This document shows positions 49,807-59,215 of a stretch of 64,000 nt of DNA, piece by piece (position 1 is the stretch's first letter; every line of letters starts with the position of its first letter). Origin of the DNA: Escherichia phage phT4A; sequence record NC_055712.1. One strand, given 5' to 3'. The translations under genes and the position numbers were made by a program. The notes under the pieces are model-generated. The model was not told where the DNA came from, searched no databases, and saw only the letters and a list, made by a program, of their open reading frames with translations.

Positions 49807-50654
49807 GTTATTATGGTGTGATCCCATACACAGGAAACAAGCAAAAGCTACTTCCTGAACTGTTCAAATTATTTCCAGACAGAAACAGCTATATGCGATT
49901 CATCGACTGTTTTTGTGGTGGTTTGAGTGTGTCGCTAAACGTCCCTAAACCCGTTCTAAGCAACGATTACGATCGGACGTTGATTGATATGTATAAGCGC
50001 CTTCAAATGCTTCCTGACCTCTCTCCTGTGCGAGAATTGATTAAACAGCATGGTCTGGGTAAGAACGAGAAAGAAGCGTATCTCACATTTCGTGATGCGT
50101 ATAATAAGAACAAGGATCCTCTATGGCTCTACGTTCTGATCCTTCATTCGTTTAGTAATGTTAATCGAACCAACGATAAAGGCGATTTTAACGCCAATTT
50201 TGGTTGTAGAACGTTGAATGATTCTACCGTTAAACGGTTTGAACACTTCAAAAATAATGTTCGGGGGATTGAATTCTCTAGCGCATCGTTTAAGGATCTT
50301 GATATCTGTTTGAATGATTTTGTGTACTGCGATCCGCCGTACCTGATCACTGATGCAGTTTATAACAAGTTCTGGAACGAAGAACGCGAGCATGAATTAT
50401 ATGATTTTCTCGATAATTTAAACTCTGATGGTATCAAGTTTGGTTTATCAAACGTGACACATCATGCAGGAAAGCAAAATGATATCCTGATCGAGTGGAT
50501 GCAAAAATATAATGTGCATAACCTCGATAAAAAGTATCTGTTAGGCCAGCATACTGATTCTTACGAACAAAATAAAACGCAAGAAGTCTACGTGTGCAAC
50601 TACCAGAAACGCGACGTAAATACATACCCTGAAACACTGGATGACTTAATGTAA
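49803..50654 (+). CDS. dam: DNA adenine methyltransferase (Dam, GATC-specific)
   Basis: 283 aa; extensive similarity to T4 Dam (YTGNKQKLLPEL, FCGGLSVSLNV, DPPY motif VYCDPPYLIT). Confidence 0.9.
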   Translation: MSYYGVIPYTGNKQKLLPELFKLFPDRNSYMRFIDCFCGGLSVSLNVPKPVLSNDYDRTLIDMYKRLQMLPDLSPVRELIKQHGLGKNEKEAYLTFRDAYNKNKDPLWLYVLILHSFSNVNRTNDKGDFNANFGCRTLNDSTVKRFEHFKNNVRGIEFSSASFKDLDICLNDFVYCDPPYLITDAVYNKFWNEEREHELYDFLDNLNSDGIKFGLSNVTHHAGKQNDILIEWMQKYNVHNLDKKYLLGQHTDSYEQNKTQEVYVCNYQKRDVNTYPETLDDLM

Positions 50655-50662
50655 GGTAACAT

Positions 50663-50938
50663 ATGTTTAAGATTTTTGGTTATATCCCTTCTGTTTACAA
50701 TTGCGCTCCATGCCTGAATTCTAAACGTCTCCTGGACGCAAAACGAAAAGAATATGAGTTTGTTTCTGTAGCCGATGAAAAAGACGCAGACGGCAAACCG
50801 ATCCTGAATGAAACGGTCATTTCTGAACTCGAAAGCCTGTTAGGTACTCGTAGACTGACCATGCCTCAAATTTTCCACGATGGTAAGCACATCGGCGGCT
50901 TTGACCAACTGCGTGAGTACGTTCGCACGTTGGGATAA
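50663..50938 (+). CDS. nrdC: NrdC thioredoxin/glutaredoxin
   Basis: 91 aa; CAPC active site; MPQIFHDGKHIGGFDQLREY matches T4 NrdC. Confidence 0.85.
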   Translation: MFKIFGYIPSVYNCAPCLNSKRLLDAKRKEYEFVSVADEKDADGKPILNETVISELESLLGTRRLTMPQIFHDGKHIGGFDQLREYVRTLG

Positions 50939-50969
50939 ATATTAACACCTTTATTTGATTGGTGTTATT

Positions 50970-51452
50970 ATGCTCACTAAACGTATTACTAAGAAAGATT
51001 ATCCATCCATTAAACAAGCTCTTTTTGAACAGCAAAACGGCTTGTGCGCGTTATGTGGTCGCCCTTTAGAGGGTGACCTTGAAAAGCATCACCTTGACCA
51101 TGATCATGCTCTATCTGGCTCTAATGCCGGACGTGTGCGCGGCCTCCTATGTAACCTATGCAACGGTACAGAAGGTATTGTAAAGCACAAATTTAATCGT
51201 TCTGGTCTGGTTTCCCGTGATGTTGATTACATCGAATGGCTAGAAAGCCTGGTAGCATACCTCAAACGCGACTATTCACAAAACCGTATGCACGACAAAT
51301 TTATACCCGATAAGGTTAAATGGTTTACACGCCTGACTAAATCGGATATGATAGCCGAAATGATTTCTATGGGCTTTGAGTACTCAGAAACTGAGGATCG
51401 CAAGGCTTTAGCAAAGAGCTATAGAAGACAATTAATGAAGGCAACCAAATGA
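50970..51452 (+). CDS. gp49: endonuclease VII (gp49, Holliday junction resolvase)
   Basis: ATG 50970; QQNGLCALCGRPLE...HHLDHDHALSG...VRGLLCNLCNGTEGIVKHKFNRSGL matches T4 endo VII. Confidence 0.88.
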   Translation: MLTKRITKKDYPSIKQALFEQQNGLCALCGRPLEGDLEKHHLDHDHALSGSNAGRVRGLLCNLCNGTEGIVKHKFNRSGLVSRDVDYIEWLESLVAYLKRDYSQNRMHDKFIPDKVKWFTRLTKSDMIAEMISMGFEYSETEDRKALAKSYRRQLMKATK

Positions 51453-51711
51453 AAGTAGAAAAANNNNNNNNNNNNNNNNNNNNNNNNNNNNNNNNNNNNN
51501 NNNNNNNNNNNNNNNNNNNNNNNNNNNNNNNNNNNNNNNNNNNNNNNNNNNNNNNNNNNNNNNAAAACGTAGGTTATGGACAGGATATACCCTGGAGGCT
51601 TTACAGGCCGACCCAGAACGTTCTAAGCTACTTCCTTACATTGATGTTCTGATTGATGGTAAGTATGAAAAAGATTTGCCAACAGAAAAAGCCGTTTCGC
51701 GGTTCAGATAA
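51449..51711 (+). CDS. nrdG: NrdG anaerobic ribonucleotide reductase activase (fragmented by assembly gap)
   Basis: ATG 51449 overlaps gp49 stop; post-gap frame encodes LWTGYTLEALQADPERSKLLPYIDVLIDGKYEKDLPTEKAVSRFR, matching the NrdG C-terminus; the radical-SAM CxxxCxxC region is missing in the gap. Confidence 0.55.
51464..51563. other. assembly gap (100 N)
   Basis: Run of N inside nrdG. Confidence 0.95.
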
Positions 51712-51764
51712 TCAACGTATGATCGAATTCGCAATAAAAATTCGATAGAAATTAAAAATATTGC

Positions 51765-51792
51765 TTGACCTAATGTGTAACTATGGTAATCT
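51765..51792 (+). promoter_or_regulatory. sigma70-type promoter TTGACC-16-TAATCT (extended -10 TGg)
   Basis: TGCTTGACC as at 456-464; 45 nt upstream of the 51838 gene. Confidence 0.4.
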
Positions 51793-51837
51793 TACCACAT
51801 CGTAAATGACGATTAACTTTAATTGAGAGATAATATC

Positions 51838-52806
51838 ATGATCCTGAATTTCAAAACCCGTAAAGAAGCGCGTAACTACTGCTGGAAGTGGAACATTCCC
51901 CTGAAAACCATCCGTAATACAGGGCGCGGTTCTTGCCCGTGGACAGTTCAAGCAAATGAACTGAAAACGTTCGTGGTTGGTAAAACTTACAAACTGGTTG
52001 ACCGTGAAGGGTTTACTACCAATTCACACGGCGGATCTAACACCGCAAACACTATCCAGGCGAGACAGATCGAAAAATTCCTGAATAACGAGGTAAAAAT
52101 TATCTCGAAAACCAATTCAGATACTTTCAAAATTGAGCATACTCCGGAAATGACTTTTAGCTCTCTGCGTTCGTGGGAAGCTCGTTATTTCGTCGAAGTT
52201 GGCGCGGCTCCGGTTAAGAAAACGAAAGCTAAACCGAAAAAAGCCAACGTTACGGCTCCGGTCGCACCTGTTGCACCAGTAACAGCAGTAACAGCAGATC
52301 TTGATCAAATGCTTGATGGTGGTTCGGCAATGTCGGTTGAACTGGATCCGACTAAATTTGTTGAAGGCCGTTCGTATGTTCTGGTTAAACCGCAGCAATT
52401 TAAAAATCGTTGTGGCGCTAACCACGGGATCAAATCATATACCGATGAACACAGTAATGGTGTATACACCGTTTACCATACGACTTCGCTCGGTCATCAT
52501 CAATTGAGCAAAACGGTAGAAACCATTGATTCCCAGACCGGAAAAGTTGGTTACTATCTGCTTGATTCTGAACGTTCGTTCTTCCGTGAACTGGCGACAG
52601 GAATTGTTGATGAACCTGTTAGCGTTTCCGGTAATAGCGCTATCGCTATCAATGTAGACGAAGCGGCTAAGAAAGAAGAAATCGCAAAAGCAATGACACA
52701 GCTTGAAGAAGCGGTTAAGGCCCATGATGACGCTCTTCAAAATCTGCGTACTGCTTCCGACCTGGTTCGCAAAGCTGCTCGAAAAGTAGCAGAAGTAAGC
52801 AAGTAA
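51838..52806 (+). CDS. hypothetical protein (two domains joined by Pro/Ala/Val-rich linker, C-terminal coiled coil)
   Basis: ATG 51838; ~322 aa; own promoter and terminator. Confidence 0.5.
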   Translation: MILNFKTRKEARNYCWKWNIPLKTIRNTGRGSCPWTVQANELKTFVVGKTYKLVDREGFTTNSHGGSNTANTIQARQIEKFLNNEVKIISKTNSDTFKIEHTPEMTFSSLRSWEARYFVEVGAAPVKKTKAKPKKANVTAPVAPVAPVTAVTADLDQMLDGGSAMSVELDPTKFVEGRSYVLVKPQQFKNRCGANHGIKSYTDEHSNGVYTVYHTTSLGHHQLSKTVETIDSQTGKVGYYLLDSERSFFRELATGIVDEPVSVSGNSAIAINVDEAAKKEEIAKAMTQLEEAVKAHDDALQNLRTASDLVRKAARKVAEVSK

Positions 52807-52812
52807 ATTAAA

Positions 52813-52837
52813 CTGGGTGCTCCGGCACCCTTTTTTA
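52813..52837 (+). terminator. rho-independent terminator
   Basis: GGGTGCtccgGCACCC followed by TTTTTT. Confidence 0.65.
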
Positions 52838-52848
52838 TGAGGTGACAC

Positions 52849-53517
52849 ATGGAATTATTAGAAGGTAAATCTTATACCCTGAACATCGACGCTAAAGAAT
52901 TTGCAGAAAAAACCTGGCGAAATGCTTTAGCTGAATTGATCAAAAACAACGGCTATATTACAATCGATCGTATTGCGATTGGGGATACTGAGGACATTGC
53001 TTATGTTCTGCAAGATGATTTCGAATATGAGATCCCTAGCCATATCTGGAAATACTTTAAACCATATGATTTACCGGAAGAAGAACCGAAGATTGCTACT
53101 AAAGAAGAAATCGCCGCGCCTGATTTAAATTTCGTATCTTCCGATCCTAAAATGTGGATGACTGTAAAACCTGTTCAACAAGATATCAATGATCTGCGAT
53201 TTGATTATCCTTTTGTCAAGCGGATCACTTCGATTTCTGTACTACCAGCGCCGACGGATTCACAGGCACTTGAATTTGCATTACAGCATGTTTTCGGTGA
53301 TAATAAGCTGTACGCGATTGACAAGGAAGCTGCTATTGATGAACAGAAAAAGGAAATCATCAACCTTCTTTCTCTGCATCAACAACTTGAAGCGGTGGAA
53401 TTGATTGAGCGTATGCTTTCTGATACAAAGAAAGATATCATTAGCAAAATCACTCCGGCACGAAGGAAAGCAATTGATGAAAATCGAGATTTACGGTATT
53501 CCCGAATCGCTTCATAA
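52849..53517 (+). CDS. hypothetical protein
   Basis: 222 aa. Confidence 0.5.
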   Translation: MELLEGKSYTLNIDAKEFAEKTWRNALAELIKNNGYITIDRIAIGDTEDIAYVLQDDFEYEIPSHIWKYFKPYDLPEEEPKIATKEEIAAPDLNFVSSDPKMWMTVKPVQQDINDLRFDYPFVKRITSISVLPAPTDSQALEFALQHVFGDNKLYAIDKEAAIDEQKKEIINLLSLHQQLEAVELIERMLSDTKKDIISKITPARRKAIDENRDLRYSRIAS

Positions 53518-53758
53518 ATGTTATGGTTGTATTGAAGCTCGGAAATTACTTGATGAGCATGGATTAGAATACGAATTTTATTCTGTTCTAAAGCCAGCAA
53601 ATAACAGTGTGGGGTTTGATTACGATCGGCCCCGCATTGAAGAGTTAGCGAAACGTGTTCGTAGTCGAAGCATGGCATTTACTTACCCTCGGATCTTTGT
53701 AGATGGTAATTTTATTGGCGGTTATATGCAATTGAAAGAGTATTTGGGTGAAGCATGA
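53477..53758 (+). CDS. glutaredoxin-like protein
   Basis: ATG 53477; CYGC active-site motif, YPRIFVDGNFIGGYMQLKEY typical of glutaredoxin/NrdH. Confidence 0.6.
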   Translation: MKIEIYGIPESLHKCYGCIEARKLLDEHGLEYEFYSVLKPANNSVGFDYDRPRIEELAKRVRSRSMAFTYPRIFVDGNFIGGYMQLKEYLGEA

Positions 53759-54054
53759 ATAAAGAATACATTCGCAAAGTAGCAAACGCTATTCACGCAA
53801 CAACGATTGATTTTCTGGAAGGGTTTGATCATATTATCCATCCCGAAACGTTGGATAGTTGGGAAGCCAAACTGTTTAAAAGTATCAATGAACAGTTTCC
53901 GGAAAAGGTTAAGCGCTGGTTTATCAGACAGGAAATCGTAGCAACGATCCTTAATGAACGTGGTGTTGAGGCGTTCGGTGTAACCCCTCTATATAAACGA
54001 AACCAGATTACAGACGAAACAATCAAGAAATATAAAAAGATGGTTCGGAAGTAA
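53755..54054 (+). CDS. hypothetical protein
   Basis: 99 aa, ATGA coupling. Confidence 0.5.
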   Translation: MNKEYIRKVANAIHATTIDFLEGFDHIIHPETLDSWEAKLFKSINEQFPEKVKRWFIRQEIVATILNERGVEAFGVTPLYKRNQITDETIKKYKKMVRK

Positions 54055-54067
54055 TAAATAATCAGTT

Positions 54068-54091
54068 AAATGGCCTTCGGGCCATTTTTTG
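54068..54091 (+). terminator. rho-independent terminator
   Basis: TGGCCttcgGGCCA followed by TTTTTT. Confidence 0.65.
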
Positions 54092-54093
54092 TA

Positions 54094-54101
54094 TATAAAT
54101 A
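54094..54101 (+). promoter_or_regulatory. T4-type late promoter TATAAATA
   Basis: Exact TATAAATA 33 nt upstream of gp34 ATG. Confidence 0.5.
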
Positions 54102-54133
54102 TTGGTATTGAATACAATATAGGAAAAAAGATA

Positions 54134-57100
54134 ATGGTAGCTAAATCATTCCGCGCACGAAGTGGCCTTGATGCTGCTGGTGAAAAAGTTATCAACGTTG
54201 GGAAGGCTGATCGTAATACGCTGAGTGACGGCGTTAACGTTGACTTTTTCAATGAATTTAACGGAATCCAGCAGTATGACCCGACCCGTGGTTATTCTCA
54301 AGACATGGCGATCATTTATGCGCGTCGTATCTGGTACGCAAAACAGAATATTGCTTCCCCTGCTGGGGCTTTCGACGAATCCAAATGGATCGCAACTCGT
54401 AATGACCCGAAATGGGTTTATAGTAACGTAACCACTCCGGACGGTAGTATTATCGATTCTGGTAGTTACATTATGGCTGATGGGCGTTTTACCGAACTTC
54501 TGTACCTGCTGCCGGACAACCCGACAGAAGGCGACGTAATCACGTTTAAAGATTGCGGTGGTTTGGTTGGTGTAAACAGTATCCTCGTTAAGTCTAACAC
54601 TCGTCAGATCCGTTTACGTGCGGTACAATCAGCGCAATATAGATTAACTCATCCTTACATGATCGCAACGTTTATCTATAACGGTAACGTGTGGCGTGTT
54701 TCTGAGGCGCTGGATAACCGTGATTCTGAAATAGTAAATGCAACCGGAACAGGTTCATTCCAGTTACAATCTGGCATGACAGTTTTCCGTAATAGCGCTA
54801 CAGGTAAAATCACTCTCCAGTTACCAAAATATGCAAACGACGGTGATGTGATCACAACCTACGACGCTGATAAAATGAACTCTATCAACGTAGCCGTTTT
54901 GCAGATATATCCGGGTAGCGGACACACTATTTCTGATGGTGCAAGTACTGGTGTTACTTCGGTAACTAGCCAGAAATCCGGCTTTGGCATGTTCATCTTT
55001 GATGCACAGAATAGCCAATGGAAAGTATACGATGCGGATAACCGTGTTCGTCTACGTCGTATCTATAGTGATTTAAACGCAGTTCCAAATGATTATGTTT
55101 TTGTTACTGCAAACCCTTCTGGGGCTGTACCAAACGTTACTGTTACTCTCCCAACTGATGTTGCTGATGGTGACCGTGTTTACGTATCCCTGTATATGAT
55201 GGGTAAAAACCAGAACTGTACAATCAAAGTTAAAGATGGTACTACGGATAAGATCCGAACCAATAAAAACATGATGCAGTTCCCGCAGCGCAAAGATTAT
55301 CCGCCCGATGATTGGTTTAGCGTAACGTCTCTTGCTTTTAACGCAGGTAGCGATTACCTCCCTTATATCGAGTTTTCTTACCTGAAAGCTACGAAAGAAT
55401 GGGTTGTTGCTAACTATCGTCCGATTGTTGAACGCGTTGATGCAACAAACCGTACTCGTACTGGTGTTATTGCTCTGGCTGCTCAGGCAGAAGTTAACAA
55501 AAACCTGGAAGATAACCCGAACGACGAAACGGCTATTACTCCGATGACGTTAGCAAATAAAACAGCTACTGAAACGCGTCGTGGTATTGCGAGACTGGCA
55601 ACTACTGCCGAAGTTAACAAACTATCTACAGATACCTATCTGGATGATGTGATTGTTACTCCTAAGAAGCTGAACGAAAGAACAGCTACTGAAACGCGTC
55701 GTGGTTTGGCTGAGATTGCAACCCAGGCAGAAACAAACGGAAGTACCGATGACATTACGATCGTGACTCCTAAAAAGCTGCATAATCGTATCGCATCACC
55801 AACATTAACGGGGATCCTTGCTCTTGTTGCAACTGGTGGTACTGCAAACACCAACACAGACCGTGCTCAGGCTGGTACTGGAATTTACGATCACTCAGAT
55901 TATCAAAAGGCGGTAACGCCTAAAACACTGCGTGAATATAAAGCAACTGAATTACAATCCGGTGCTGTATGGCTGGCAAACCTGAATGAAGTTATTAACG
56001 GTACTGTTGCAAGTTCTAACATTCCGACCGTCGTTACTCCGGAAATGTTACACAAGAAAACTTCTACTGATGCGCGTATTGGTTTGATTGAGATCGCGAC
56101 TCAGGCAGAAACCAACGCAGGGACTGATTACACGCGAGCGGTAACGCCTAAAACGCTTAATGATCGTACTGCTACCGAAGGTCTAACCGGGATTATTGCA
56201 ATTGCAACCACTGCCGAAGTATCAGCAGGTACTGTAACGAATAAAGCGATCGTACCGTCTAAACTGAAAGGTTATCTGGACGATACAAGTCATATTACTG
56301 TTGCTACTGCTGACGGGTTAACTCAATCTGGTACTATCTGGACTACGGTTAACATCGGTATTCAATCAGCAACTGAAACTCAACGTGGTACTTTACGCGT
56401 TGCTACGCAGTCTGAGACGAACGCAGGGACATTAGATACAGTATTTGTCACCCCTAAGAAGTTACACGCTAAGAAAGCGACTGAGAGCGCAGAAGGTATC
56501 ATTCAGGTGGCTACGGCTGCTGAAACTACCGCTGGCACCGTTGCAAACAAAGCTGTTTCTCCTAAGAACTTGAAAAATACGATTCAGGTTGATACTTCAT
56601 GGCAAGCTACCGATCTGGTACGTGGTACGGTGAAACTGTCTAAAGGTGCTGGTACTTGGTCTGGTAATGATGTGGCTGGTTCTACTCTTCCTGATGATGG
56701 TTACGCCGCTGTAGGTGTTGCTGTTTCTCCGTATGAATTGAACTTAACGCTGAAACATTATCTGCCTATCGGTGCTAAAGCTGTTGATGCTGATAAACTT
56801 GATAATCTGGATTCTTCTCAGTTTATTCGTCGTGATGTTGCACAAACTGTTAATGGTGCGTTGACCCTGACACAAACAACCACTGTACAAGCTAACATCA
56901 ACTCAACTGCTGATGCATCTTTTCGTGTGATGAATGTCAACGGTGATTTAAACGTTGGCGACGGTTCGTCGATGGGTAAACTTCGTCTGAATGGTGGTTC
57001 AGCTAACGACTGGTCTATTCAAGCCAGTGCTGCTTCTGGGCGTATTGCGATGATTTCGACGGGTAATACTAGCACAGTTCATCTTTCTGTGTATAATGAT

Positions 57101-57907
57101 ACTCGCGGCGTTGTAGCTAACGTTAAATTTCAGGCTCCTGAAATTCAGGCAACTAGCAAAGTGTCTTTAGGTAGTGATAGCGTTATTTCTGCAAGCGGTT
57201 CTAACCTTTTACTGGGGGTGAACAGTAAGACAACGCAGATCAATACATCCGATGCAGGTAACATTGTAGCGGCTGAATCTGGGAACTCTTACAAAGTCTT
57301 TACTGAGAAGAACGCGCAAACCTTGCTGAATCCTACGTATGTACGTAAAGCAGGTGATACGATGTCTGGACGGTTGACAATCAACAACAGTTCTCTTATC
57401 ATCGCAGGTCAAGCGGCTTGGTCAACTCAGGATGCAGTAAACGAAGCATCACGGGGATACTGGACAGCAGAAATTACCTCTGCTGCACAATACAACTTGC
57501 TTCCTGGTTATGCGGTTCCGGTTCTCGAACCAGATCCGATTAACCCAGATATTATGATTGTAACCCGTTATACCTACGTTAAAGCACCTGGTACGTTAAC
57601 TCAGTTTGGTAACGGAACCGCATACACTTATCAGATTTGGGCACCTCGTCCGACCTCTGGTACTGGTGTTAACGCGTTGGCGCAATCCTTCTGGATCCGT
57701 CAAATGAATCCAATTACAGGTAAATTTGATGAATGGGGCCGCATGTATACGAGCAACAACCCGCCTACTGCTGGTGAAATTGGGGCAACGTCTGCTGTTG
57801 GTACTACGGTTAAAAACATGACTGTTACTGATTGGATCAAAGTTGGTAATGTTAAGATTTACCCAGATCCGGTTACTCAGACAGTTAAATTTGAGTGGGT
57901 GGCATAA
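54134..57907 (+). CDS. gp34: gp34 long tail fibre proximal subunit
   Basis: ATG 54134 (MVAKSFRARSGLDAAGEKVINV...); N-terminus, internal ATETRRGxAxxAT repeats and C-terminus (GNVKIYPDPVTQTVKFEWVA) match T4 gp34. Confidence 0.92.
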   Translation: MVAKSFRARSGLDAAGEKVINVGKADRNTLSDGVNVDFFNEFNGIQQYDPTRGYSQDMAIIYARRIWYAKQNIASPAGAFDESKWIATRNDPKWVYSNVTTPDGSIIDSGSYIMADGRFTELLYLLPDNPTEGDVITFKDCGGLVGVNSILVKSNTRQIRLRAVQSAQYRLTHPYMIATFIYNGNVWRVSEALDNRDSEIVNATGTGSFQLQSGMTVFRNSATGKITLQLPKYANDGDVITTYDADKMNSINVAVLQIYPGSGHTISDGASTGVTSVTSQKSGFGMFIFDAQNSQWKVYDADNRVRLRRIYSDLNAVPNDYVFVTANPSGAVPNVTVTLPTDVADGDRVYVSLYMMGKNQNCTIKVKDGTTDKIRTNKNMMQFPQRKDYPPDDWFSVTSLAFNAGSDYLPYIEFSYLKATKEWVVANYRPIVERVDATNRTRTGVIALAAQAEVNKNLEDNPNDETAITPMTLANKTATETRRGIARLATTAEVNKLSTDTYLDDVIVTPKKLNERTATETRRGLAEIATQAETNGSTDDITIVTPKKLHNRIASPTLTGILALVATGGTANTNTDRAQAGTGIYDHSDYQKAVTPKTLREYKATELQSGAVWLANLNEVINGTVASSNIPTVVTPEMLHKKTSTDARIGLIEIATQAETNAGTDYTRAVTPKTLNDRTATEGLTGIIAIATTAEVSAGTVTNKAIVPSKLKGYLDDTSHITVATADGLTQSGTIWTTVNIGIQSATETQRGTLRVATQSETNAGTLDTVFVTPKKLHAKKATESAEGIIQVATAAETTAGTVANKAVSPKNLKNTIQVDTSWQATDLVRGTVKLSKGAGTWSGNDVAGSTLPDDGYAAVGVAVSPYELNLTLKHYLPIGAKAVDADKLDNLDSSQFIRRDVAQTVNGALTLTQTTTVQANINSTADASFRVMNVNGDLNVGDGSSMGKLRLNGGSANDWSIQASAASGRIAMISTGNTSTVHLSVYNDTRGVVANVKFQAPEIQATSKVSLGSDSVISASGSNLLLGVNSKTTQINTSDAGNIVAAESGNSYKVFTEKNAQTLLNPTYVRKAGDTMSGRLTINNSSLIIAGQAAWSTQDAVNEASRGYWTAEITSAAQYNLLPGYAVPVLEPDPINPDIMIVTRYTYVKAPGTLTQFGNGTAYTYQIWAPRPTSGTGVNALAQSFWIRQMNPITGKFDEWGRMYTSNNPPTAGEIGATSAVGTTVKNMTVTDWIKVGNVKIYPDPVTQTVKFEWVA
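55561..55705 (+). repeat. direct repeats inside gp34 (25-nt exact repeat AACAGCTACTGAAACGCGTCGTGGT at 55561 and 55681)
   Basis: Encodes repeated ATETRRG(I/L)A fibre motif. Confidence 0.7.
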
Positions 57908-58843
57908 TGTCAAACTTAATGGCGGGGTTCGGCCCCGATTTTGTAGAAACGCAAATTCTATCGGAAACAAACAGCGTAACTTACAGAATAACCGCAAAGG
58001 CAACACATCCCAATGCGGTTCCTAATCAGTATGAGTTTACACTAAATCAAAAGGCGGTAGGGACACCGCCTAGTGTTGGGATCAACGTATGGAGAATTAA
58101 CAATGCTGTAGTTGATCCAATTAAAACCTTCACATTATCGAATGATAATTCAGCAACTGCAAACAAAGCGTTTGTTGAATATATGGATGCTCAACCTTCT
58201 GGGCTGTATTTGATAATGACTAACGGTGAATACAAAACAAGCCAAATCGTTGATGATTGGTTTGCTAAAAACAGATCCGTTATGTGGCAAGGCGCTGATT
58301 TCGCTCAGAGATTCCCAAATTCTGCATATGTTGCATTGTATGGGGCTTCAAAATCTCGTATACTGATTGAATCGTTTTACGCGAACGATGGAGTTTTAAA
58401 AGAAGATTCACGCGCATCAATCGATCTTGTCTATGATAACGTTGGTGATGTTGGGCGAACTGGTGTACCTTTCCGATCTGTTGAAGATACGGAAGAATAC
58501 AATTCAACCAATGGATCTGAATATAAAGTATATCCTGTTGCAAACCCAGTGATCTCTAAACTGGCTGATTATGGTATGGCTCCTGGATTAGCTATGATGA
58601 TTGCTGGTGATTTTTACGCCAGCAAAGCATTATTGGATGCTGGATCAACAACAAGGGTTACTGTTCGATGGTTTACGGGTACTGCTCAAACTTCATCATC
58701 GGTGATTGAAGTTCCTGCAAATAAACCTGATGAGTGGTTACGATTTGAACAGTTCTATACGATCCCTAGTGGTTGTGATGGATTTAACGTTGCTGTATCT
58801 CGTTATCCTAAACCCGCTACGGATAGTTTATCTGCGTATCCGT
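57907..58843 (+). CDS. gp35: gp35 long tail fibre hinge connector (3' end runs into gap)
   Basis: ATG 57907 overlaps gp34 stop; >=312 aa before the N run; position as T4 gp35. Confidence 0.6.
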
Positions 58844-58943
58844 NNNNNNNNNNNNNNNNNNNNNNNNNNNNNNNNNNNNNNNNNNNNNNNNNNNNNNNNN
58901 NNNNNNNNNNNNNNNNNNNNNNNNNNNNNNNNNNNNNNNNNNN
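58844..58943. other. assembly gap (100 N)
   Basis: Run of N; probably hides gp35 3' end, a gp36-like gene and the first codons of the next fibre gene. Confidence 0.9.
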
Positions 58944-59215
58944 TTTAGCAAAAATTCAATTCCTACGTAGCACAGTTGCGGGGAAAACACCTACTACAAG
59001 TCAGCTTGCAGATGGTGAACTGGCGATCAACATGGCTGATTATGCCATTTACACGAAAAATGGTTCTTCGATCGTTCAGTTAGCGGGTAAAGGTATCCCA
59101 GAAACAAATACCAAAAAATTAACAGTAAATGGGCCTAGTGCTCTTAATGATACCGTTACCGTAGCGGAAGGTAAAACTATTACTTTCACCAACGCGGATT
59201 TGAGCGGGGGTATGG
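58944..59215 (+). repeat. fibre 5' module, copy 1 (near-identical to 63446-63717)
   Basis: About 250 nt nearly identical (2-3 mismatches), then divergent but homologous. Confidence 0.85.
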
